Made by a program: the position numbers and the translations under genes. Of a stretch of DNA of 64,000 nucleotides, positions 1 to 11,507 are shown piece after piece. Below the pieces are notes generated by a model. That model saw only the letters and a list, made by a program, of their open reading frames with translations. It did not search any database and was not told where the DNA came from. The DNA is from Podarcis muralis (Eukaryota): positions 76,570,001 through 76,634,000 of the forward strand of contig NC_135657.1 of NCBI RefSeq assembly GCF_964188315.1. The letters run 5' to 3'. The number at the start of each line of letters is the position of its first letter. Positions within the stretch are counted from its first letter, which is position 1.

Positions 1-319
1 TTGACTTGCTTGATCATGTTTTTGTGTCATCTATCATGACTTGTTAGGAAGTGTCTTTAAAATACTCTGTCATGTGAAGTGCTGTGCTTGAAACCTTCTG
101 TCATCTTGACTTTTATGTTCGAAACCTTCTGTCATATTAACTGCACTGCTGTGACCAAGCTTGATGGCACTTGATATAGTCAGCTCTTAACTTTCCACCT
201 CCTCTCTTTGTTAGAGAAGAGGAGCGTGTGTGTCTCTCCCCCTGCATCTTGAATTCTATGGCTGCTGGGATGGAGTGGCTAACTGCAGTGCATTGCCCCA
301 CTGAATACTGATGCAAGCA

Positions 320-542
320 TGGCCATCAATGGCTACAAAGGCTAGACATGATGGCTATGCTCTGCCTCCATGGTCGGAGACAGTATGCTTCTGAATACCA
401 ATTGCTGGAAACGGCAGGACTGGAGAGTGCTCTTGTGTTTAGGGCTTACTTTCAGGCTTCTTATAGACTGCCAGTTGGCCACTGTGTGAACAGGATGCTG
501 GTCTAGATGAGCCACTGGCTTAATCCAGAAAGCTCTTCTTAC
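320..542 (+). mobile_element. CR1-clade LINE 3' end, decayed
   Basis: Contains GGCCACTGTGTGAACAGGATGCTGGTCTAGATGAGCCACTGGCTTAATCCAG...CTCTTCTTA, the reptile CR1-type 3' UTR; reverse copies of the same tail occur at 9171 and 20498. Confidence 0.7.
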
Positions 543-1834
543 AGGCAGTTTGGGGTATGGATTTTGGTGGCGTTGGCACATATCTCTCTCTGTGTGTATA
601 TGTTAGTTTTATTGTTTCCGGTTGTGGATTGTGTTCCAGCGGAAAAGAGAGTCCTTAGCCCCATTGATGTGGAGAGGATCACTCTCAATATCCCTACTAT
701 TTGTATCCAGACAGCTACAGCAGTGGAGTTGCAATAATACACATTCCTGAATTATTGCACTGATGCAACATCCTTCATATTTGGCTACAGCAGTGTAAAA
801 AAACAACAACCCTAGAACATGCACTAATCTATGGGCTCTGATCCTACCTTTGTATTAATTATACACTATTAGCTTTCATCCAGCCTAAAAATAAAAAGGA
901 TATGAAAAGATGAGCAAGACATGTGGGTTATTCAAATAGTTGTACTGAACAAAATGGTTCAGCTCAACTGAAAGTTAAGATTTTTGGGGGGGGGGGGAGC
1001 AATAGGTATAGCTGTATTTTGGTCAGTTTGACCCAAAATTTATGGTAGCTGTTAAAAGGATCCCATCACCTTTAGTGACATTTTGTTTTGTCCATTGGAC
1101 ACTTGTAAATATCCACACATCATTTGTCCACAAATGAAAAGTATGGCTGAAGTGGCTGTCTGATCTGTGGCCTCTATGCTTACACTCACAGAGGTCACCA
1201 ATCAATCACAGCTTATCTGTGGGAATAATGAAATGAGCATGGCAAGAGGACAGGGAGCTAGGAATTCTCCTAAGCAGCTGATAGTTTGAATCCGGCTGCT
1301 GGTTTGGCTGCCAGTGGTCTGATCAACCCTTGGCAAGAATGAAAGGTCAAGTATGCTTTGGCACCAGGAAAGAGACAGCAGCAACTCACAAACTTCATAA
1401 ATCTCTGTGGCCATTTAGAAACAGATGGTTGTGCAGTTGATGTATACCATGGAATGGCCCCAGTACTTGAGCTTAATGCAAAATGACTAACTCCTATTTT
1501 GTTTGTCCAACTTAGGAATGAGAGAGTGACAACTACACCAGGAACCACTTCATTATCGTCCTGATGGAGGATGAAACTTGACTTAAAAGATTCTCCATGG
1601 AAGAAGTTTTAGCCATTTAAAAGTAAGATTTATTATTAACAATGTAATGCAATTAAATGTAGCATTTCTATGGGGGGGAATTATACAGACGCACAGTTTC
1701 TTTATTATGGCAACCAATGTTCCTACATAGAGGCTTATCACATGCTGTAATTTCACACAGAGGAAGGTGTACATTAGAAACACCCTTGTGTACATTTGTG
1801 TGTGTGTTTCATTTGGAGACTCCTGAAGTTATAA

Positions 1835-2337
1835 ACACAGAAAACTGTTCTATACCAAGTCAAACCATTGAGGCATTTAAAAAGTAAAGGTAAAGGACCC
1901 CTGACAGTTAAGTCCAGTCATGAACGACTCTGGGGTTGCGGTGCTCATCTTGATTTACTGGCCGAGGGAGCCGACATTTGTCCGTAGACAGTTCTTCCAG
2001 GTCATGTGGCCAGCATGACTAAGCTGCTTCTGGCAAACCAGAGCAGCGCACGGAAACGCCATTTACCTTCCCGCTGGAGCGGTACCTATTTATCTACTTG
2101 CACTTTGATGTGCTTTCAAACTGCTAGGTTGGCAGGAGCAGGGACCGAGCAATGGGAGCTCACCCCGTCATGGGGATTCGAACCACTGACCTTCTGATTG
2201 GCAAGCCCTAGGCTCAGTAGTTTAGGCAGCCATTTTCCAGGGTTTCAGGCTGGAGTCTTTCCAAGGCCTACCTGGAGATACTGGGGACCTTTTGCATGCA
2301 AAGCACGTGCTCTTCTGCTGAGCTATGGTGCTTCCCC
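1835..2337 (-). mobile_element. Squam2-type tRNA-derived SINE split by a Sauria SINE (pieces 1835-1879 and 2225-2337)
   Basis: 2225-2337 is the reverse complement of the head and body seen at 43096 (tRNA-like boxes, CTCCAGGTAGG, CCTGAAACCCTGGA); 1835-1879 is its tail (TATACCAAGTCAAACCATTG). Confidence 0.65.
1880..2224 (-). mobile_element. Sauria SINE (Squam1), lacking about 20 bp of its 5' end
   Basis: (ACCTTT)-type tail seen as AAAGTAAAGGTAAAGG, diagnostic body GGTACCTATTTATCTACTTGCAC, B-box GGATTCGAACC; colinear with 19673-20029. Confidence 0.92.
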
Positions 2338-2486
2338 AAGTTCTCCATCCTATTCTAGCAATATATCTATCATTTTTTTTACAGAGCAATATGGGTGAGG
2401 CTCCAGTACTCCCCCTGCCTATGGTGCAAATGCTGATAACACTAGCAGGAAAGCAGTTATATACAATTATACATGACTTACAAAGA

Positions 2487-2488
<2 letters not shown>

Positions 2489-2558
<70 letters not shown>
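2489..2558. repeat. Compound microsatellite (AC)16(AG)19
   Basis: Read directly. Confidence 0.97.
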
Positions 2559-2562
<4 letters not shown>

Positions 2563-3845
2563 CCCTGCAGCACACACCCTGGATCATACAATAATTGAAC
2601 TGTTAAAAGGCACTCTATAAAAATCAGTGTGATAGACATGTTCATAAAATGTATGTTTAATCACATGTAACAAACTCAGAACTGTCATTTGACTTTAAAT
2701 CACCTAGTTTGTAGTGTATTTCTCTTTGCAGCAGATACAATTTTCCCACTTGTCTCCATTAAGTCTTCATTTGTAGTACAGGGTGGGCAGTCCTAGGATT
2801 CTTCTTGAAATAATGATATTGTAAGAGGGCAAAGGGCCAGAAGAATATGCAAAGATAAAGATCTCAGCTATTTTAAAAGGTCAAACAGAACAGGTTTCCT
2901 TTCAGCTGGGGAAAAAAAGATGAATAGGTGACTTCTTGTGGGTATTAAAAACCAAAGGAATTAAAAAGAATAAGTGTTAGGTTATTTTAACTAGTTTCAA
3001 TTATTAGAATGAGGGTCACTAATATAAGTGTTGAAAAGGAACAGGCCCTAAGGGATTTGGTAAGAATTCCATTATGCAGAGTGTGGTTAACCTGATATGT
3101 AGAATAAAGGCATTACCCTGGCTAACTTAACTAGTGCCATCTTGGTAGAGTGACCTTCATGCATCTTATATTTTGTTGGAACCCTGATGGTTGTGCCAGA
3201 ATCTTCTCTGTGGCAAGAAAAGTGTCTCGCCTGTGATGCATATGGTGGCTTGGAGCAGAGGTGGATTTAGGGGAGTGCAACAGGTTCAGTCCCACTGGAT
3301 ATGAAGTGTTAGGGATGCTACAACTACAATGAAGAATGGAAGGTGAGAGGTGGGGTGCCATTTTTTTCCATTGCACAGGGCACCACTGAAATTTGAGACC
3401 GCTAGCTCTTGGAGAAGTGGGACTCATGAACCCTATTCAGCAGCTCTTGATAGGGCTTAAGTTAACATGCGAAGAAGGGAGAATTTGTACAGGCATGCTA
3501 GCTCCCCTCCACCTTGCCCTTCACATCTGCCAAGTTGTTTGCAGTAGGAAAGTCTCCTGTGCTGCATTTTGAACTCCTGGAAAACCAGGGTCCCAAAATG
3601 CACAGCAGTTTCATGAGCACAGGATGCTTCTTGCTGCAGACAACAGTCACCCTGGAACATGAGGAGAATAATGCAGTTCTCCTGCTGGTGCATGCTCTCC
3701 CCTCCTCATAAGTTCACTTAAGCCGTATTCATAATGTCAGAAAAGGACCCTGACCTCAGTAACATAACATCACTCCTGAACAATCACTATATTGTTCATA
3801 ATTAATTAACAATTAATATATTAATTAATAGACTATATTAATTCA

Positions 3846-4471
3846 TTAAATTAGCATACGACCCTTCATCAGAAGATCACAGGGCAGTTTACAACATAAA
3901 AATACAAAGCGAGAACACAAAATACATAATAAAACTAAAACAAACCAATAACCCCATACCACAAACACATTTAAAAGGCCACAGTGTGATAACCAGCTAA
4001 AGGCCTGTTTATAGAGAAATGTTTTTGCCTGGTGCCTAAAAATATGCAATGAAAGCACAGGGTGAGCCTCCTTCAGGAAAGCACTCCACAAATGAGGAGC
4101 CACCACAGGAAAAGCCCATTCTTGTGTTCCCGCCCTCTGGACCTCTCATGGAAGAGGCACACAAAGAAGGATCTCAGATGATGATTGCAGGGTCTGGGTC
4201 GGTTCATATTGGGAGAGGTGGTCCTTAAGGTATTGCAGTCCTGAACCATTTAAGGCTTTATAGGTCCAAGCCAGCTCTTTGAATTGGGCCCAGACACAAA
4301 TTTGCACCCAGTGCAGTTGGATCAGGATTGGCGTAATATGCTCAAACTCTCTCACCTTGGTAAGCAACTTGGCCTCCAAATTCTGTACCAATTGACATTT
4401 CCAAACCATTTTCAGAGGCAGCCCCCTATACAATGCCTTGCGATAATCTAATCTAGAGGTTACCAGAGCAT
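3846..4471 (-). mobile_element. L2 LINE 3' fragment (decayed ORF2 C-terminus plus AT-rich tail)
   Basis: ORF 4146-4433 (YRGLPLKMVWKCQLVQN...HITPILIQLHW...YKALNGSGLQYLKDHL) matches the L2 ORF2 C-terminal pattern LQLVQNAAARL...HITPVLxxLHWLP...YKALNG. Confidence 0.9.
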
Positions 4472-5553
4472 ACCCTGTCCTTCAGAAGTAGCATAACCCC
4501 ATGTCATCAGCATATTGCTGACAATGTACACCCAAACATGATGTCTGGGGTGCCTTGTGGCACTTTTGCTACTCTTGCTTTAGTGCCATAAGTTTACATA
4601 GTGCTTTATAGAGTAACATAAGCAAAATACAGGTCCCTCCCCTGAGAGCTTTGCTCCACTTGTGCCTATATGGAAGCTGACTTGTATAAGGTTGACTTGT
4701 ATTAAGGCTTACTCTGTGAATATGACCTTAAAGATATTGCAAATGAGCTGAAATGACTTTGAGATAAAATCTCACCTAGCTTCTCAGAATTCAAATACGT
4801 ATGTAACTGACTGACAATCTGAAGTTGTCAAAATCTATATTCAAAATTGGATGTTGGAAGTTTGCATCAGGCTCCAGGTTTTGCTATCAGTCAGGTATCT
4901 CTGAACCTAAACAAAAAAATGTTGCTATCTAAACAAAAAAAAAAAGTTCATCTACAAAAGATATATTTACTTGAATATATCATTTTGATGTGATTTCACA
5001 CTCACTGATATGAAGTTTTAAATTCTGAATCGGCAACTGTTTTAAATTCATGCAAATTCATTTTTAATCTTAACATATCTGTTACTATATACTGATTTAT
5101 CACCTGCTGTGCAGAATGCCTTATCTGATGTGCCAGTGTCGTGACAGATTCAGTTCTACTTAGTTTCCAACTCCTGTAACAGATAATTGGTAATTGTAGG
5201 GATTACAAGGGCAAGGAAGCTAGTTTGTATACATGCAACTAACAATTACACAAGTGATGCAACAATTATACAAAGCTGAGACTGCTGATGATTGCCAGTG
5301 ATTGCAATCAGTGAGCTTGACAGGTGTTAGAAGAAATTGCTCCAGAGAAAGAGGAGACAATATGCTTCCATAACATTGGCTTAAACCACTGTATGAGGGC
5401 TATTCCATACATTACAAAATCACCACACTACACAACTTGTACATTTCTGTCAAGGCTTTGCCAAGCCTTCTGGAAAGCTATTCCTCCCCCAGTTGCAGCA
5501 AGGGCAGAGAAAACAAGGAGAGACATTTTTAATGAATTTTATTCAATCCTAAT

Positions 5554-5727
5554 GTTGTTGTTTAGTCGTTTAGTCGTGTCCGACTCTTCGTGACCCCATG
5601 GACCAGAGTACACCAGGCACTCCTGTCTTCCACTGCTTCCCGCAGTTTGGTCAGACTCATGTTTGTAGCTTCGAGAACACTGTCCAACCATCTCGTCCTC
5701 TGTCGTCCCCTTCTCCTTCTCCTTCAC
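5554..5727 (-). mobile_element. BovB (RTE clade) LINE, 5'-truncated 3' end
   Basis: Reverse complement of ...CCATGGGGTCACGAAGAGTCGGACACGACTAAACGACTAAACAACAA; 14-bp TSD TATTCAATCCTAAT at 5540-5553 and 5744-5757. Confidence 0.93.
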
Positions 5728-8700
5728 TCCTAATAGCGAGAGATATTCAATCCTAATAGCGAGAGACAAAAGCATGCAACAATCCTTAACATGGCATTGC
5801 TCCAAGCTGGACTCGTCTTCCCTCTTTCCTAGCAACAACACCTCCCTTTAAGGTGGCTGCTTGTGGTCAAATGTCTCTGATTCCATTGTTCCTGCACCCT
5901 GTTCCTGCACACTGTTCCGTTCTTCCTGCACCCTTAATGCACACTGAGTTCTGGGAGAAGGGGGATCAGAAATACTCTCCAGTGACGTGTCAGCTAGCTC
6001 CCCACTTCTTCTAACGCTTCCCAACCATTTTGTTCATCTCTCTCTGAGCTATGTCCTTCCTTGTTCCCCTCAAACCCCTGCTGTAATTCAATGTTGCCTT
6101 CTTCTCCTCCTGCTGCATCAGGAGAAGGGAGATGTGTGTGATCTCCACCGCTCCTCATCCGTCTTGCCCTCTTGGCTCCAATCCCTGATAATTTCTCATA
6201 GTTATCTGGTTGGCCTCGGCGAGAGCAGGGATGTTCTTATGCTCTTAAAGCACTTCCACATAGGAACTAGTGTGTCATATAGAGATCATCATGTGTAACA
6301 AACACACATATTTATTTTACTGTGGTTAGTCATAGATACGTGTGACCGTTTCATAGGCTACCTCGCTTCCCTCATGGTAAGAGCCCATACCAATGCAGCA
6401 ATGCTTGGAAGCCAGAATCACTTGGTGTTGTAGGACCATTTGTGTCAGTCTCTCCTCCCAACCATCATCTTCCCTATACAGATAAATGATGATAGAAGAG
6501 ATCTGCATATGCCGAGCATCCAAATGTCACTGTAGCAACAAGGGATTTTGTCAGAGGCAAGGAACTTCCATGTTACTAACAGATAAAGGGGTCCTCTGTG
6601 TATATGTGCCATTTTGTGTGCCTGTAGTAGAACACAAATGTAAATCCACTTGGTGTGTGTTATACATGAGTTGTGTGCTAAGCGGTGCTTTCTATATCCA
6701 GATATTGTGGCATTTGGATTAGCCCTCAGCAAATCAATTGAGAAAGGCAGGCGACATTGCACACTATCTCAACAGATCTGCACATTGCCATGGAAATGTG
6801 GTTCCTTTGTCTGTCCCTTCCCTAAACATTAATGATGCTGTATTTGCCTGCAACAGTCACCAGTGCAGCTTTCCTGTGGCACAATGATTAATTTGTAAGC
6901 GAAATCTGCTAGGACTCCAACCTGCTGGAATCCCAGACTTGTCGTCTAATTTCCATGCTGAGAGTAAAAGGCACCCTGCACATGGCTGGAGGCAGTTTCC
7001 TGTCCAGTTGGCTTGCAAAAGCAGAGAAAAGTTCTCCTGGCTATGCCATTAAAGGAACATTCAGGTTCCAGGGCTTGGCAGTCATTTGTGATACAGGTTC
7101 TGATGCCAAATACTTCTAGGTTCCAGGTGAGATTAAACACTGATGCTACTCCTTCTGCTGTCCTATCTATGCACATTAACCAGGCCACCGATCCAGGGGA
7201 TGCATTCCTCCAACTAGGGAATGAGCCCATAGGACAAAAACAGAGATTCAGTTCTACGCAGAAAATATATGTTGTTATAGGATGAGACGAAGCAACTATA
7301 TTTGGAAAAGGAATTAAGTGAGGACTTCTGGATTGTCCTTCTGCAGAAGACAGCAATGGAAATAGATTTTTATTGTGATGCATTGGTTCTGGCAATCGTT
7401 CCAGCAGTCGGAACATCTTTTGTTTACATCCCATTCTTACATCCCGGATACAGAAGGATGTCACAATAACATTTTTCATGTTGGAACTGTTTCCTAGAAG
7501 CAGAAGAGCATAATTTGTACTTAAAAAAAATAATGCTGGTGAATATTATAAGCACTTCACTATAACTTTTAATCTCCATTTAGTAGCATTCAAGATCCAA
7601 ATGTCAAGCTCATATTTCATATTACATGAGTATAGTAGGAGATAAGACAAACTTTAACTTCAGAGGTTTAGGGCTAACACTGTCCTGCTACTTTGGGGGA
7701 TATGTGCCTCTCATTCCTCAAGTTGGCCTGCTGTCTTCATGTGAGGACACTGTCTTGTCATCAGTGTTGAAGCAAAACCCATCACCAGTCTAGTCAGGTT
7801 TGTATATGGAATTTGGGGGATGAGGGGCTCTTTTATTTTGCCATGGGCAGACAAAATGTATTGGGCTGACCTTGGATGCCTCTACTCATCAAGAAGTTAG
7901 CATGTGAGAGAAGGAGGTCCATAATATGAACATATATGAGCTCTAGCTGTACCAGGGTGTCACAAAGAGGAGCCTCAGCATCAGACATGGAGTTTTTCTT
8001 TGTGAGATATTCAGGCTAAACTTCAGAGTGCATGTAATTTATATTGGACTCCTGGTGCTGTTGCTAGGAAAGGTTGGATGCTGACAGCATTCCTCAAAGC
8101 TGTGGGTTTGAGGCTTTATATCAGATTTGCCACTTCCATGCCACCTGGCTGTGCTCTTTAGGCAAGTCTCTCCCAATTGCCATTTTCTCTGCTGCCAAGC
8201 ATTAGCAATTCTGGCATTTATTTATTTTCTGCTCCCCCAATGCCCCATGTATTTTGCTAATTTATAGTTATAATCCAAAACCTACAGGATTTCCCCCAGG
8301 TATTGCTTAAACAGATAAATGGGGAAACTTACATAATTTGATTTGTTTTCTGCCTAGAGCAGAATGATGATAGAAAGGTCTTTCTATGATAAGGATAATA
8401 AGGCTCGGAACTGACAGATGTCTGCTCCCTGCTGCTCTGTGTTAGAACATTATGTGACACATCCAGACTCTTTATTTATATTCCTCCTTCCTTTGGAAAT
8501 TGTAGACAATCTACAAATAAGTTAAAATTCAGTCTGCACACTCTGAACAGCTGATATATCTGAAAGAGGATAGAATGGGGGCAAGAAAGGGAGACACATT
8601 TTCTCAAACTACAGAGACATCCCTCCTTTGTTTTTGTAGAGTCCCACAGCACTCCTTGATCTGTGACTTGGTTGGCTTTTGGTGCACATTTGTCTTCTGC

Positions 8701-8810
8701 TACAGCGTTTGAATCACTTATGGGACCAAAGGCCAGGACAAGGAGCTGATTTTATTTCTAAAGTCCTCACATGGAGCTTGAATAATTACTGGTATACTTA
8801 CTGTCTACTT

Positions 8811-8949
8811 CAGGAATGGGGAACCTGTGGCCCTCCAGATGTTGTGGACTACAACTCCCCCTCATCCCTGATCATTGACCACACTGCCAGGGAGTGATGG
8901 GAATTGTAGTCTGCCAATATCGGGAGGGCCATAGGCTCCCCTCTCCTTG
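8811..8949. mobile_element. hAT-type MITE, decayed
   Basis: Internal hairpin GGCCCTCCAGATGTTG...GACTACAACTCCC / GGGAATTGTAGTC...GGAGGGCC; 8-bp flanks GTCTACTT / GTTTACTG (6/8). Confidence 0.75.
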
Positions 8950-9170
8950 GTTTACTGCCTTTATTTATGACCAGTGTGACATGAGGTTTAGCCATTAGAC
9001 TAACGCTCAGAATGCTGAGCAGGCAATGTTATTGTTACCCATTCAGCACTATGGAAACATCAGAGCTCAGAAAATGAGGCCTGGAGCAGCTTATGGATTT
9101 AGTGGATTATGTTGCTCAGTCTCAGCATTCATGCATGGGCCTGGAAGAGAACACAATGAAAGAAGTGTTC

Positions 9171-9755
9171 AGAAGGGCCATGCTTGAACAGGCCAAAGGT
9201 CCATCTACTCCGGCATTCTTGTCTCACAGTGGCCAGCCATATAGCTATGAGAAGCCTGCAAGCAGGAACTGAGTGCAACAGTACTGTCTTTGCTTGTGAT
9301 TCCCAGAAACTGGTATTCAGAAGTATACTGCCTTCAGTAGTGGAGACAGAATATGGCCACCATGGCTAATAGCCATTGATAGGCCTAACCTCCATGAATT
9401 GGTCTAATCCTGTTTTAAAGTCATCCAAGTTAGTGACCATCACTCAATCATGTGGGAGAAAATTCCATAGTTCAGCTATGTGATATGTGAGGAATATCTG
9501 TCCTGAATCTTCCAATGTTCAGCTTCATTGAATGGTCCAAAGTTTTATTTCACTTTCCATACACCATGCATAATTTTATATGGCTTTATCATGTTTCCCC
9601 TTACTCCCCTTTGTTCTAGGCTAAACAGCCCCACCTTTCCTCATAGAAGAGTTGGTCATTTGGGCCATCCTTTTCTGAACCTTTTCCAATATCCTTTTTG
9701 AGTTGAGGTAACCAGAACTGTACGCAGCATTCAAAGTGTGGTCTTGCCATGGATT
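9171..9755 (-). mobile_element. CR1 LINE 3' portion, decayed
   Basis: Reverse CR1 tail followed by ORF2 remnants, e.g. CCAGAACTGTACGCAGCATTCAAAGTGTGG is the reverse of the [10 protein letters not shown]-coding segment. Confidence 0.85.
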
Positions 9756-10426
9756 TTCATAAGAAGTAAATTCTGTCCATTAAAAAAAATACTGTCCCCC
9801 ATTAGAAGCCGTCAAGTCTGGTCTGGTTTCTGGTTGGGGTGGAATTCTACCCCTATCCATAGGAACAGAGTCAATGGTAGTTTTATTCACTGCCCACATA
9901 ATAGTTTTCTATATATAGGGAATGAAATGAATTATAAGTTTTGTTTTGTCTTTAAACTTTAATTCCTGGTTGGATACCATGAATGTTCTTTTCTTTCTGT
10001 TCAGTCCAAGGCCACCACTAGTTCAGCCTTTTAGACGTTTGTGAGTTTCCAAGCTCCTTTCTTCTGTCCATCACACTAATGTAAAAGCAAGCTTTCAGGG
10101 GCAGCATATCTCAAGACCTTCATAGGATTTTGGATTGTAGCACTTGTCAACCTATCTTTCACATACCTATATTAGGACTGTGAATCGCAGGGAGGGGGGG
10201 GGAGTCTTTCCTGTCTGTTTCAAATCACTGAAGAAGCATGACCCTTTGATCACTTTTCATCACTCTCAGAAGCTGGAGCTCTGAGACTCTTCGGTTGTTG
10301 GGATGCTACCTTTCATTGCGCCGTAGAAAGCAGTAGCCACATGGAGAATTATGAGGCATTGGCTGCAATTCCAGAGACTGTTAATGAGGCCGTGCGGAAG
10401 AAACTCTTTCAGCAAGGAGACTGTTG

Positions 10427-10443
10427 CTCCACTAGATGGCAAC
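10427..10443 (+). promoter_or_regulatory. Putative CTCF binding site
   Basis: CCACTAGATGGCA at 10429-10441 fits the CTCF core CCASYAGRKGGCR, in non-repeat sequence that keeps its CpGs. Binding is not demonstrated. Confidence 0.5.
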
Positions 10444-11339
10444 GCTGAAATGCATGACATATACAATCTTCGGGGCAGGGGAGATAAAATAAAATGCTGC
10501 AATGTTGTGTTAAACGGCAACTGATAAAAAAGCAGAAGCAAGCAAAATGAAGGCCAAGTAACATTTTACTGGAGTAGTACACCAGGAAAGAGTTGCATCT
10601 TTACAGTGGAATGTTGAAATCTGAACTTTCAAGTTTTGCACGAACTCATTTTTAATTAAAATTATTATTTAGGAGTACATTGTTTCAACATGGTGTTTGG
10701 GATTTCTATATATGGGCAGTCATTTTATGTATGGCTGTTGTATCGTGTAAGCTGCATGGTTGCTGAATCAGTCTTTGATCATGCTGTGACATGACCATTT
10801 AGTTGCTAGGATGTGGTTGTCATCCGTTCTGTAAGCAAAACTGCTCACCTACAGCTGAATTTGAGGGGCGCTGATCTGAGTACAGAGAGCACAACCCATC
10901 TAAAGGCCCACACAATCCTCTGGGAAAGATTTAAGGACATGCTTAATGGATTGTGTTCAGAGTTTGTGGGATGTATATGATACATTCAGTTTTCACTGTG
11001 CTTCTTTGAACAGGCCCCACCTTGCTGGTGAAAGCCAGCTGGGAGAATGATAATTCTTTGTTTGTTTACTGGGAGATTTCATGTGTTCTTCAGAGAATGG
11101 CTTCAGATCTGCAGGTGCCTAATCCTACTGAAAACAAATTTTGCTTCTGATTTTGGCCAAGCTACTACAATATTAAAGGACAGAAACTGACCACTTTCAG
11201 CTGCAAGATAGTTTATCATTGGGCACCCAAATGTCCACTATGGAATAATACTTTTTTTTCTTTCTCAGAGATTCACCGCAGCCTAAACTTTAAAATCTTT
11301 TGGAATAGTTTGTTTGTTTGAGTTGGTGGTGGGAGTAAA

Positions 11340-11507
11340 TTCCATAGTTTTACCAACTGTCATAGGAAGAAGTTCTTTTTTTGTCTGTCCTAAATCTTCC
11401 AACATTCAGCTTCATTGGGTGTCCATAAGTTCTAGTGTTATGGACAGAAACCTCTCTCTCCCCACTTTTTTGATTCCATGCATAATTTTGTACTTTCCTC
11501 TCATGTA
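11340..11507 (-). mobile_element. CR1 LINE ORF2 fragment
   Basis: TTCCATAG...GTCCTAAATCTTCCAACATTCAGCTTCATTG...CCATGCATAATTTT parallels 9465-9580. Confidence 0.7.

Noticed and set aside
2222-2594. ORFs 2222-2587 and 2325-2594 ([16 protein letters not shown])
   Set aside because: Open only because they cross the (AC)n(AG)n microsatellite; the same applies to ORFs at 26829-27086 and 58028-58288.
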